Shown here: positions 11,072 to 24,062 of the stretch, piece by piece
How the letters are laid out: every line of letters starts with the position of its first letter
Numbering within the stretch: position 1 is the first letter of the stretch
NCBI GenBank assembly: GCA_043228905.1
Contig: JBHGNT010000008.1
Coordinates: 12,648,001-12,712,000 of the forward strand
DNA length: 64,000 nt
Reading direction: 5' to 3'
DNA from: Azolla caroliniana
Lineage: Eukaryota > Plantae > Polypodiophyta
Made by a program: the position numbers and the translations under genes
The notes under the pieces: model-generated
The model's input: only the letters and a program-made list of their open reading frames with translations
The model's database searches: none
What the model was told of the DNA's origin: nothing

Positions 11072-11353
11072 GGTCTTCTTCAGATGGCCGCCGATCACTA
11101 TGTTTAGTAGTAGTAATTGTTGTTGTTGTTGTTGTTGATGATGATGATGATCTCTGCTTTCTGGCCATGATGACATGCCATTGATTCTTAACGGAGTTGT
11201 CTGTTCTTCCGGGGAAGATCCGGGCAATCAACGCCCACTTGTTCCCATAAATCCTGTGCGCCACAAGCAGACGCTCCTCTTCCGTGTGGCTAAACGGCCG
11301 CCGGTTGATCCGAGGATCCAGCTGATTATACCATCGCAACCGACAGCTCTTCC
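10925..11353 (-). CDS. R2R3-MYB exon 2 (end of R2, R3, Ser/Thr-rich linker)
   Basis: gatag|GG AAG AGC TGT gives [21 protein letters not shown]...[30 protein letters not shown]; donor GCAG|gtatga at 10925/10924. Confidence 0.92.
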
Positions 11354-11504
11354 CTATCCCCCATCCCATCAAAATGATTCATCCATAATTATATATATAT
11401 ATATAATATTTCATATAAGAACATCTCACGCCCAACGAACCAACCAACTATAATAATAATTCAACACACACTCTCTCTTCTTCATTCGATGCCATTTAAG
11501 CTAA

Positions 11505-11625
11505 GTGTTTGATTGATTGATTGATTATTGTTGATGTGAGTATAGTGTTTGATTGATTGATTGATTGATTGATTATTGTTGATGTGAGTATAGTGTTTGA
11601 TTGACTATTGTTGTTGTGAGTATAC
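11505..11625. repeat. Intronic tandem repeat, ~3 copies of GTGTTT(GATT)nATTGTTGATGTGAGTATA
   Basis: Directly visible; copies differ in GATT number. Confidence 0.85.
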
Positions 11626-11663
11626 AGTTCCAACATGTGGCAAGACATAACAATTATTCATAC

Positions 11664-12129
11664 CTGATCTCCCATCTAACTTCTCTGCTATTACGTTCCA
11701 ATTCTGCGCCCCATACTCTGAGACGAGCTCCCTCAGCTTCTCATCTTCCGCAGGCCTCCAATGGCCCCTGATGATACCTGTGCTACGACACCCTTTCACA
11801 ATTACCATACGATGAGGAGGAGGAGGAGGATTCTCCTCCTCATGGTGTTCATCAGCAGCAGCAGACTTACGATTATTATTGGTAGTAGTAGCACATGATC
11901 CTCCTCTACCTAGTCTTGTATGACCCTCATGATGAACCATCCCATCGTCATCGTCATCATTACAGAATTGGGTAACATTCAAGGACTTGGACCGCATATG
12001 GTGATGATGCTGCTCATCCATATGATAATAGTAACAATAATAATGATGATGATGGTAGTCAGTTGGCACGAAATTATGATATGTATGATAAAATTTTCTC
12101 TGTCCCCTACCTATTATTCTGATCATCAT
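11664..12129 (-). CDS. R2R3-MYB subgroup 21 exon 1 (LOF1/MYB117-, MYB105- and MYB52/54-like); start codon uncertain (12129 or 12021)
   Basis: RGHWRPAEDEKLRELVSEYGAQNWNVIAEKLDGRSG; phase-1 donor TCAG|gtatga at 11664/11663; His-rich N-terminus. Confidence 0.88.
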
Positions 12130-12898
12130 CGAGGGAAGGGGAGGGAGAGCTCAGAGGAGGATTCCAATCACTCAGAGAGCGGCGAAGAAGCCAGCCATGA
12201 ATGAGATAAAGGTAGTAGTAGTGGAATGGTGGTGATGCTAACCAGGAGCAGGCATAACGGTATGGTAATGGATTGATTGATTGGAAACATTGTTCATCAT
12301 CATCAATCAATCATGATTCATTCATTCATTGATGATCAGAGTGAGGAAGTAAAGGAGACCACGCATAAATACATATAGTATATGTACCATGTATGTTATG
12401 TATGTATGGGGACGATGAGAGAAAGAATCGTAGGGAGGCAGAGAAGGTTCAAAAGGGAGGGAAGTGCCCACTTTCGCTCCTCAGTTACTTTTGCATACAT
12501 ACTTACTTACTTACTTACTACCCGTACTAGTATTTATTTGAAACTATTATTATTAGTATTAGTAGTATTCTCCGTTTGTATGATCTCTCTCTCTCTCTCT
12601 CTCTCTCTCTCATGACTCATATATATGTATAGATAGATAGATAGATAAGAGTCAAGAACCAAGCAAAGCATAATTAAGCATGAATGAGCGTGAGCGTGGT
12701 CCAAAGAATAAAAATAATCTTCTTCTCTTCCTCACTAAAAATATTACTCCTTCTTACCACACACACAGCAGCAGCAGCAGCAGTAGTAGTAGTTAAATAA
12801 ATGGGTCTTGGTAACACGCACACACTCGTTTTCAAAGCGCCTTCAGCGTATGTGTGAAAGATGGAAATGAATATAGAAAGTAATAGAGGAGATGGGGA

Positions 12899-12932
<34 letters not shown>

Positions 12933-15149
12933 AGGTGGTACAGGTATGTAGGTAAGGATGGGAACCTTTTCTCTTTGTTTAGATTATATTCCACTTATTA
13001 ACCTAACATTCGGTTTTGTAGAATTAGTTGCGACGCGTTACCACTACTACTGCTTACAAAATAACATCATAAACTTCTTTATTCCTTGCATTACTTCTAA
13101 GGTCATAATCATCATACTAGACACATATTCACATTAGCCAAGATGACTTGCCTCTCCCTATGTGAGTTTATCTCAACTTAGAAGTAAACAATTCAAAACG
13201 CACCAACTTAATCTCACTTCCAATGAATGAAACCAACTTACTTATACATCATATGGTTTTGAACATTCTCTCATGGTAGATCCTATTAAGCCATGTCAGC
13301 TTGTAGTCATTCCTATTCATTCACATAACTAAAAACACTTATATGCAACAAACAAATTGATGGCAACTATAAGTAGAGGAGAGGATGTGCACACATTAGT
13401 ATTAGACATATAGACACTCCTAGTGTTTCTCACAAATCTCTTTTTTACTAATATCAATTTTGAGTTTATTGGAAAGCTCAATCAAGAGACAACATATTAT
13501 TAAGTTTGCCAAGAACCAATAATGGTATCAATAGCTACATATCATTTTTAATGAATAATAGATAGAATCAAGTGTCTATGACTTTTATACGTGTAATGGT
13601 ACCCTTGACAATGAGTCTATCATGGATCATGTTAACTTAGTGGGTACCGGAAGGTTTAATGCTTGTGATGTTTTGAGTTTTATATTAACAAATACATTGA
13701 TGTGAATTTCCAAATCACAACCGGTCTCTCTTTCCTCCCCTTACTCTATTTGGATCTAAGTTTCCTAATATAGTTGGCAAACCAATCGTCAAGCATGTGG
13801 AACTTAAAATATGTTATAGTTGTTAACTCGACACGTGGTAAAAGCTAGAATATGTAGGATAACACTACGAAGTCTCGTTTACACAAAAGTGATTACTTTT
13901 AGGGAAAGTTTAACGAATGTCATCGTATTAAGGGTATTATTAATATATACAGTAACCATTCGGTTAAGTGTGCAATTTGAATGCAAGGAAAAAGTGCGCA
14001 CTTAGGTTTTTTTTAGTAGAATATTTTTTTCCCAATATTTTTTTCTCTTCTACTTCTAAGAAAGCACAGCCTCAACAACCATCACTCAAACCCTCCTTCT
14101 TGTTGTAATCACTCCCATGTTGCAACAATCCACATCGCTACTCACCACGCTATTGCTCCTACATTCTTCTCCATTTATGCATTTTCTTTTCTATGTATAT
14201 GTTTTTTGGTGGAGGAAATACCATGTCTTTGCTAGACACCTGACTTTTTTATTTGTTAGATTATAATTTTTAAAATAAAATATCTTATTGGAGAGGTAAT
14301 TCATATTCGTAATTGATTTTTAGATTACAATTTCTTAAGTTGGTTTCTGTTAAGTTTCAAAAACATTATACCCTAGAGTAGTAACATACATAGAGTCACG
14401 CCCTACCTATTTAATGGTAGCAATGGAAGATCTACGTTGAATTCATTCTATGGTTCACAACATCAGTTTTATTGAATACATATCTTGCTTCACAGAAAAA
14501 TTTCCGCGAAATTAGGTCAAGATTGTATTCACATCCTAAGATGTGTGCCTCCTTGATGGATAATACTCCAACTTAATTAGAGGAGACCCAATCCATTAGT
14601 CATTAAAATTTAAGCGATTTGTGACTTAAGTACCATCTATTTTTTACTTAAATAAGCTTGTATACATCTATCAAAGAGTTTAAACATTCAAAAGGTTTTT
14701 GTACATCTACAATTGATTGGTAGGGGAAGAAATATTGAGGTTGTCATATGCCTTAACTAGCTACTTTTGAACCAAGTTAACATATACTACGGAAGAATGT
14801 GAACCTTCTTCGAATCATGCGGTTACTTACTCTATCAAGATTAAATAATTAGCAAATATAAAAATTCAATGACACTAGGTTTTCTTAAAAAATGTTTATA
14901 TGTCGATTATGTCGATGCATAGAGAGAACTTTCCATACATGTCAACAAGTGTCCTCCTATTTAACTATATGTGAAATTAACTAATTAACATTACATATAA
15001 AAGAGATCAATTCAACCCATAAATGAGGTGTTGGACTTCGTTTGAATGATGAACAAGGCTATAAATTTGGTGTTAGTGGAACAACCATCATCTCCTTCTC
15101 CTTGTAACATAGGTAGACAATTTGGTATTGACCATTGGCAACCAAGTAT

Positions 15150-15570
15150 GTAATGAGGATGGGGCGATCCGGTTTCTGGATATATAATAATATTATTAGT
15201 TATAAGAATGGACAGATCCAGAATGGACAGATCCAGATCCGGACTGATTCGTAGCCGGTTGTCGGTTAGGCATTGTCTTGTAGCATAGAACCGGATCGAT
15301 GTATTTAGACGACGAAATATTAATAGGAGCAAGTTTTGTTTTTGTATCTTGTGAATCTTTATGTTCCTATTTCGTTCTGCGCTTAATGTATGGATCTTAC
15401 GTGTGTAATTGAGGTGTGTTGTAAATCTAGATACCAAACCGGAAGATAACCGGTTATGGTTGTTAATGTTGAATCCCTTACCATAACCACCCTTTGGTAA
15501 AGTGTTCAGAAGGGACACCTTGTGTTAGAGGTAAGTCCGGCCTAGGAGTAACACAGTTTTGGCGACCACT
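15150..15570 (+). repeat. Possible LTR remnant followed by a tRNA-Arg-like PBS
   Basis: ...GGAGTAACACA (15555) GTTT TGGCGACCAC. No partner LTR or coding region found; left boundary is a guess. Confidence 0.3.
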
Positions 15571-18380
15571 AAGGCAACCCCCCTTTGAAGACGAAGTCAA
15601 AGACTAATACATGGCAATGATGAAATGTGCGATAATGGTGACAATGATGTTCAAGAAATCAAATTTATGATGTGTAGCAAATCAAATCAGTAATGTGCAA
15701 GAAATGGCGACCACACTGTGTTGGAAATGGCCATGATAACAAAAAAAAGAACCTGTCATAGCGACAAACGGAATGACGGAGAGATCTTCGACGAAAACGG
15801 ACCGAAGACAATCGTGACGACAACCGGACAGCCGGAAAAACATGGTTGTTCATGTCGAACAACAATGGAGATGACTGGGGGCGACGACTGGGGTGAACGA
15901 AGAATGTCGGACAAGGTCGACAACGACATATATGCGAAGAGACAAAGACTGCCGAAGAACAACTTGATGGTCGGAAACGGCCAAACGAATAGACCGGAAG
16001 AAGAATGATAGTGCCGGACAGAGACGGAGACAGAAACGGTGGCGGCAGTCAGACAGGGCCGACAGGACGACGACGATGCCTGACGACAAACGACAAAACA
16101 ACGGCCGGACCAATCGCCGGACAACGGACAACAGTAGCTAGGAGATGGCCGAAGCGACGGACAGGCAACCGAAAGGGCTGGACAGAGACGGGTAGCGGTG
16201 TCGACAGAGACGTTTGACGAATAGAAGGTTGGACAGTGGCCAGATCGACGGCCAAAATGTACAACGACGGCCGGATGATGGCCAAAATAGAGACAAGCCA
16301 GAGAGAGCTAATAGATGGCGACGCCGCCGGACAATGGCCGCACAGAGACGGTTGTAGAGCCAGGGACAGACGGCGACAACCGCCGCGTGAAGGATACTAG
16401 GGAGCTTCAGAAGGAGAGGAAGCAAAAACATGCATAGAACGAGGAGAAATAGAGCAGAAGGAAGAAAAAAGAATGAAGGAGAAGAAAGGACGGAGCAACA
16501 CAAATAGAAAAGAAGAGAAAGAATGATAGGAGAAATGGAATAAGAAGTCATGTAAGATATCGAGAGACGGAGAAAGCGAGCAGGAGAGACAGAGAAAGAA
16601 GAAGAAATAGGAAAAAGAAAGAAGACAGAAGTGGAAAAGGCAGAAGACCGGAAGAAGAAGAACACATGAAGAATAGGAAGAAATGCTTCCCGTTGCAAGC
16701 AGAATCCAAGGAAAAATAAACGATTATAATAATCATAATAATAAAACAAAAGAGAGGGAAAAACAAAACATAGGGGCATCGAACAAATTTCGAAACCGTG
16801 AGGGTATAGAGTGAAATTTCATAAACATGAGGGTACAATGCGTAACAATAAAAACTCATCCATATGGAGGAATTGAACAAGATTAACTTGCAAAGACTCA
16901 CAAATTAAAGGAAGAATACACATACATTCAACGTTTTTTTAAAGACCCAAATGATGATACCAATGTTCGTGAGCCAACAAAATGAGAATGTTCGTGTCGA
17001 GGAAGATTCGTTGACCGAAGGAGATGTTCGAGTCAAGCATTCCGATCGAGAGAGTCAATTGATGAGAGGACCAATGGAAGTTACGGTCGTATAAAGATGA
17101 TGATCAAGGCATGTGGGATTGACGTGCAAGGCACTCTCCCACGGGCATGCCATAATGTGTTACCGTACAAGATGTACGAAGAGCGAGGGTGGGATGTTAT
17201 AATATTGTTTATGTGTATGTGTAAATGTAATTGTGAGTGTGAGTAATTACGTATGTGTACACATGCACACGTGTGTGCATGTGGACGGATACGAGGAGGT
17301 GTGAGTGAGTGATTGGTGTGAATGTCCGAGGGGACTTGCACCCCTGTGTATCTACCCGTTTGTGGGAGTGAATGAAGAATGAAAGGAATAGTTCTCTCTC
17401 TCTCTCTCTTGTCATCTCTCTTCCCTTACGTTGAAACCCCTTGGGAGGGGGGTGGAGCCATTCTAGGCACCACCCCTCAATGCTTGTCAATATCTTCATG
17501 TTCTCTCTCACCATCATACCATTCATCATCTCCACTATTACACCATGTCTATCTCCATCATCAATCATCATCAGTATCATAAATATTAACCCTAAAACCT
17601 ACAACATTTGGTGTAAGTGAATATGCAACTAGAAGTTTATCAAGAAAAAGGGTGAGGTACGATTACATGTCCAACAAAAAAATCAAAATACAAGAAAAAA
17701 AACTTTTAGAGGATCAAAAGGAATGCTTGTATGCTTGTGTTGATGCATTGCATTGCGTCCATTAGTTATTATGGAGAAGGCTCTATGATTGGTGACACAA
17801 ATGAATAAGGCAACTTGGGGTTAGTTAAGGAAATTTCGTCATCGTCTATGTTTGAATATTGTTAGTTTGTATGGTGAAGGAAGGGGCGTTGATTGAAATG
17901 ACCTGGAATTGTTGGTTTCATTGGAAAGACTCTATGCTATAGTCAATGAGTATGGTCCTAGTTATGTTTATAATATGCATGAAACGAGTTTGTTTTTTTA
18001 GTAGCTCCAAGATACATATTGCTTTTGCCTAGTGAAGATCCTACAACAAATCTAGGTATGAAAAATTAGTTCGATAGAGTTACCTTAGGTGTTTGTTGTA
18101 ATGCGATTGAAACTGAAAAAGTTTCCATTACAATGATCGGGAAGGCTAAGGAACCTGCTTGTAACATTGAAAATACCAACTATACCCCTTGTAAAATTGT
18201 CATGTAATGTTCTAATGCTACTCTTATTAGTTGAGTTCATTTCATTTAGGCTCAGCCTCGTTTTGTCTCTCTCTAGGCTTCCTATGCTTTGAAAGTTATG
18301 AATCATGTCTTGAGAGAAAATGTGTATTGGCATGCCAAAAAAGCCAATATAGTTTATATGTCTCCAAATTCGCAATACAC

Positions 18381-18689
18381 TATCATGATATGACAAGACT
18401 CAAACCCATAACCTTATGTTACATGGGTCAATCTCTTGACCACTACACTATCTATTGTAATACATAAGATATTATTTTTATTTAAGTTTTACTATAGAAA
18501 ATTAATGTATATTCCAGATTTCTCTAGAACATTCTAGAAGCTTCAAGACTACTCCTGAGAACACTATAAAAGGAGGCACAAGGCATTATTTGGAACCAAA
18601 TCGGTTCAACGCCAGTCTTAAGCCTCCTAGCCTTCCTTGTATATTCTTCTCAAATAATATATCGTTGTCATCATCATTTTCTCTCCCTC

Positions 18690-18729
<40 letters not shown>

Positions 18730-18821
18730 TCTCTCGGGTGTTCTACACCCTCTATTCCTCTTAGTACTAATATTCCTCTCTTAATACTAATTTCTTCTCC
18801 ATCTCAGTACTATTCCTGACA
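18381..18821 (+). repeat. 5' LTR of chromovirus
   Basis: TATCATGATATGAC...TTCCTGACA; TATAAAA at 18565; homologous to 23664-24062. Confidence 0.9.
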
Positions 18822-18962
18822 ATTTGAACCAATTTCCCCTCATTCCATCTCCTCCTTTCCTCCTCTTCCTTTTATCTTCTTACATAACCCCTTTTTTCCG
18901 GTTTCCCTCATCTTCTTACCCCTTTTTTCCATTCATACTAATCCTCTTATCCTCCCTAGTAA

Positions 18963-21900
18963 AATGGAAACTGTTGGCGCTCAGGAATACTAATCTGTTT
19001 TCTTGGAGCTCCAGTGCTTAAAAGAGAAATTTGCAGCACTAGAACAAGAAAATCACCGTTTGTTGGGAGATCTTCAACAAATAGCGCTGGAAAAACAACA
19101 ACAACACGGGGAGCTGAGTTACGTGTACAACAACTTGAAGCGACTATTGTATCACTACAACAACAAGGATAAGGAACTCAAGGGATTCACAAAGAACCCA
19201 AGATCGGTCTTCCTGCAAAATTTGATGGGACCCAATCACAGTTTAGAGGTTTTCTAAATCGGGTACGTTTAGTGATTCAAATGCATCCTTCTCGATATCC
19301 CACCGATGCATCACGAGTGTGACTATTAGGCACTCTACTTAGTGGCTCAACATTGGCATGGTTCGCTCCGTTGTTAGAAAAGGAATCTCCATTACTAAAC
19401 AATTTTGAAGAATTTATAAGAGAGTTTAAAGCTTGTTTTGGAGATACTGACAGCATAAGGACAACAATCAACAAAATCCGACGATTATGCCAAGGTGATC
19501 GTCCAGCCTCCGCATACGCTGCAGATTTCCGCCTATTCGTCGCCGATATCCCTTGGGATGATCAAGCATTGATGCAACAATTTCGTTATGGTTTACGCAA
19601 CGATGTCAAGGATTTACTCTTGACCTTCCCCGAAGAACCAAAGACATTAACAAAAGCAATCAGTCGCGTGGTGAGATGCGACAACCGCCTTTTCGAACGA
19701 CGTTAGGAATGACAATTCCAGATGCCGAGGGCAAGATCAGAGCCCACTTATGCCTCAGTGGTAGCGAAACCTTTTCCGAGGGATTCATATAATGCGTCTC
19801 CAGTGAATACTCCAACTCTGATGGAGATTGACACTACACGTCGTCGCAGACCATTATCGGAAGAAGAAAAGCAACAATGTCGAGCAAATCGACTATGTCT
19901 TTATTACGGTGGACCAGGGCATATTGCAGTAAATTGTCCCTAGAGGCCAAGAAGACAGGTAAACCAAATAGTTTCTAGTTCTAATTGTACTAAACCCGAG
20001 TCTATTTCAGTAGGAATATCTGATAGTCCTAAGAATACTAATTGCCCAAATCTAGCGAACAAATTTGATGTCCTTAGTCAGTTAGAAGAAGACTTAAAAG
20101 ACTAAGTCCATCCAAAATAGGAGTCGTTTGGTTGGACAACCTTAGATATGTGCAACCCATTAGTGGTTCTATTCCCTATAAGCAAGTTAGCAATGTGTTC
20201 ATAGCCCAAGTAATAGTTAGTACTAAAAGTACCCCTGCAGTACATGTCTTAGCACTTCTAGATTCCAGAGCCAAATCTTGCTTCATGGATAGGAATTTTG
20301 CCCAAGCTCATAAGATATCTCTCAGAAAAATCCCATGTCCAGCCTCTGTAGTAGTCATTGATGGTCGTCCCATTGCTTCCGGAAATATCATAGAAGAGTC
20401 AGAGCCCATTAATATTGTCCTAGATAATCTAGCGTGTGTAGTATCATTTAATATATTAGTATCCCAGAACATCCCATTGTTTTAGGATTACCATGGTTCG
20501 AATTACATAACTAAGACATAGATTGGAGAACAAGAGAAATACGGTATCAACAAGCCCAAGGATCTACTCATAAGATTGCAACCATTTCGCTACATCAGTT
20601 GTGGGAAGAAGGATGCAAGGAAGAAATGTTTCTCTTCGCAATATGAGTAAAACCCTCCGACACAACAAAAGAGGACTCCACCGTTCAACTTCTAAAGAAG
20701 TATCATCATTATGCCGATGTGTTCGATAAAGTACAAGCCAATACGCTTCCTCACCATTGATCGTATGATTGCCCCATCGATTTACAACCAGGAAAAGAGC
20801 CACCATGGGGACCAATCTACAACTGAGCTAGAAGTCCTTCGAGCCTATATAGAGGAGAATTTGGAAAATGGTTTCATTCGGCATTCGAAATCTCCAACCT
20901 GTGCACCCATTTTCTTCGTCAAGAAAAAGGATGGATCACTTTGTCTCGTTGTAGATTACCGTGGCTTGAATAAGGTCACCATAAAAAATAGGTATGCACT
21001 TCCCCTTATCTCAAGTCTTTTAGAATAGATCAATGGTGCAAGGTTCTTCACGAAGATCGACTTACGAGGAGCATATAACCTCATACGGATTTGACCAGGA
21101 GATGAATGGAAGACCGCGTTTCGCACCAGGTATGAGTACTTCGAGTATATGATCATGCTGTTCGGCCTCACTAATGTGCCATCAGTCTTCCAGCACATGG
21201 CAAATGATATATTCCGAGATCTCTTGGATGTTTGTTTGATCATCTATTTGGATGATCTGCTGGTTTATTCGAAGACCCTAGAAGAGCATGATTCTCATGT
21301 ACTGTTAATACTAAAATGACTTCGAGAACATGGTCTTTATGCAAAGCTGGAAAAATGTAATTTCGGGTGCAACTAGGTGGAATTTCTGGGCTATGTCATC
21401 TCCTCAGAAGGCATTTCCTTGGATCCAGCTAAGGTCAAAACGGTGGTAAAGTGGCAAAATCCGCGTTCGTTGCGAGATGTGCAATGCTTTTTAAGCTTTG
21501 CCAATTTCTACCGCAAGTTTATAGAGGATTACTCAAAGCTTGTTTTGCCTCTCACACAACTTACTAAGAAGGGACAATCGTTCGTTTGGTCTGAAGAAGC
21601 GGACATGGCTTATGAGAATCTTAAGAAGGCATTAACATCGGCTCCTATTCTAGCTCACTTGATCCGGAAAAACCATTCATCATGGAAGTGGATGCATCAG
21701 ATTTCGCATTGGGTAACATTCTATCACAACAAGGTAATGATGAAAACCTACATCCTGTAGATTTCCACTCACGCAAGTGTGATGTTGCCGAAATCAACTA
21801 TGAAATTCATGATAAGGAGCTATTAGCAATTGTGGACTCTTTTATGCAATGGAAGCATTTTCTAGAGGGATCCTCTCATCAAGTCACCGTATTCAGTGAT

Positions 21901-23671
21901 CACAAAAACCTTGCCTACTTTTAGAGTGCTCGTGTGTTAAATCAACGTCAAGCTCGGTGGGCCCAATTCCTCACGCGTTTTGACTTCAAAATTAGATATT
22001 GTCTGAGGAAGCACCAAAGGAAGGCAGATGCATTATCACGGCGTTTGTATCTAGCACCGCGTCTCAACGAGCCAACTTTCGATAACCAAAAGCAAGTAAT
22101 CTTGGGACCGGCACGACTGCAATCAACACAGGTCTTTGGCATGCCCTTGGATTCCCACGTTATCAATACCATACATGAGGACTTGAAGACAGATGCTTTC
22201 GCCCAAGCCATTCTAGCACAAATTGATCCCTCTCGAGCATCTTGTTCACAGTGCAACAACTAGGTAAGGACTATTAACAATTCAAATGTCATGATGGATT
22301 ACTATTCTTTAAGAAACTCTTGTATATTCCCAATGGTTCTTGCGGCCTTCGAGTAGTCCAAAACTGTCATGACACATATACAGTTGGGCATTTTGATAGT
22401 ACTAAGACATTAGATTTAGTACAATGATCATTCTGGTGGCCCTGTATGCGACAATTTGTCGAAGATTTTGTTCGGACTTGTGATACATGTTGCAGAGCAA
22501 AAATGTGAAGGCATCATCCATATGGTTTATTAGAACCATTACCAATTCCAAGCAAGTTGTGGCAATCCATTGCTCTAGATTTCATCACAGATCTTCTAGT
22601 CTCTAAGGGATTCAATGCGATTTTAACAGTAGTAGATCAATATACGAAGATGACCCATTTCCTACCACTAAGGAAATCTCTAGTGAAGAAACCGCCGAAA
22701 TTATCATGCGTAAAGTATGTCGGCATCATGGCCTTCCTAATAATATCATCAGCGATCATGGACCCCAGTTCGTCTCGAAATTCTGGAAGCACCTTTTTAA
22801 AATGCTCAAAGTCACTTGTAACCTCTCCTCTGGCTACCACCCGCAAACCGACGGCCAAGTAGAACGAACAAATCAAATGCTGGAGCAGTATCTTCAGTGC
22901 TTTCTAAGCTATCATCGGGATGACTGGGCGGATATTCTCCACTTCGCCGAATTTGCCTATAATAATTCTGTCCACTCATCGACTAAACTTACACCATTTT
23001 ATGCTTATATGGGTTGTCACCCCCGGTGGTGTGTATTTGAAATCCCAGAGTTACCCACAAGTCCTTGTGTAGAGGATCGTTTGGAGCGGTTACGCAAGAT
23101 ACAAGCAAATTTATCTACTCATCTACAACAACCTCAACAAACACAGGAGGTTTACATAGATCTTCATCGGCTTCCATCCAGTTTTAACATTGGACATCGG
23201 TTATGGCTACTACGACGACACATCAAGACTACTCACCCATGCGAGAAGTTGGATTATCGGCAATTAGGTCCTTTACGTATTATCAAAAAGATTAATGATG
23301 TCGCTTTTCGTTTCGATCTACCCCCGCAACTTCGCATACACCCGGTGTTTCATAGTTCTCTCCTCGAACCCTATCAAGACAACACCATCCTAGGATGTAT
23401 TCCACAACCTCCACCCCCGATGGAGCTTGAAGATGGACCTGAGTACGAGGTTGCTGCCATCCTCGATTCCAAGATTATTCGCAACAAGCTCTACTATTTA
23501 GTCGATTGGCTAGGATATAGTCCCAACGAGTGTAGTTGGGAACCAATAGAGAATGTGACCAATGCTCGTGCTCTTCTGGAAGACTTCCATCGTCAATATC
23601 CAGATAAAACGGGTCCTCAATCCAAAACGACTCATGACACTCGTCGTTTTAAAGGGTGGATAGTGTCATGA
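18963..23671 (+). pseudogene. gag-pol pseudogene with integrase chromodomain
   Basis: Fragmented ORFs with many stops and frameshifts; EYEVAAILDSKIIRNKLYYLVDWLGYSPNECSWEP. Confidence 0.92.
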
Positions 23672-23937
23672 TATGACAAGACTCAAACCCATGACCTTAT
23701 GTTACATGGGTCGAGATATTATTTTTAATTTAGCTTTACTATAGAAAATTAATGTAGATTCTAGATTTCTCTAGAACATTCTAGAAGCTTCAGGACTACT
23801 CCTAAGAACACAATAAAAGGAGGCACAAGGCATTATTTGGAACCAAATCGGTTCAACGCCAGTCTTAAGCCTCCTAGCCTTCCTTGTATATTCTTCTCAG
23901 ATAATATATCGATGTCATCATCATTTTCTCTCCCTCA

Positions 23938-23969
<32 letters not shown>

Positions 23970-24062
23970 GACTCTCTCTCTCTCTCTTCTTCTCTCGAGT
24001 GCTCTACACCCTCTATTCCTCTTAGTACTAATTTCTTCTCTGTCTCAGTACTATTCCTGACA
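23664..24062 (+). repeat. 3' LTR of chromovirus
   Basis: TGTCATGATATGAC...TTCCTGACA, following the PPT. Confidence 0.92.

Larger units (their letters stand above)
18381..24062 (+). mobile_element. Degenerate full-length Ty3/gypsy chromovirus (Tcn1-like)
   Basis: LTRs 18381-18821 and 23664-24062. Gag (AWFAPLLE, QFRYGL), protease [19 protein letters not shown]...[15 protein letters not shown], integrase SDHGPQF, C-terminal chromodomain. PPT AAAGGGTGGATAG at 23651-23663. Confidence 0.95.

Noticed and set aside
16138-16779. 213-aa hydrophobic ORF resembling a membrane or env protein
   Set aside because: Phe/Leu/Ser richness results from the pyrimidine-rich strand of a low-complexity tract.
17025-17606. 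LTR-like segment TGTTCG...ACAACA
   Set aside because: No partner LTR or TSD found, so it is not listed as a feature.
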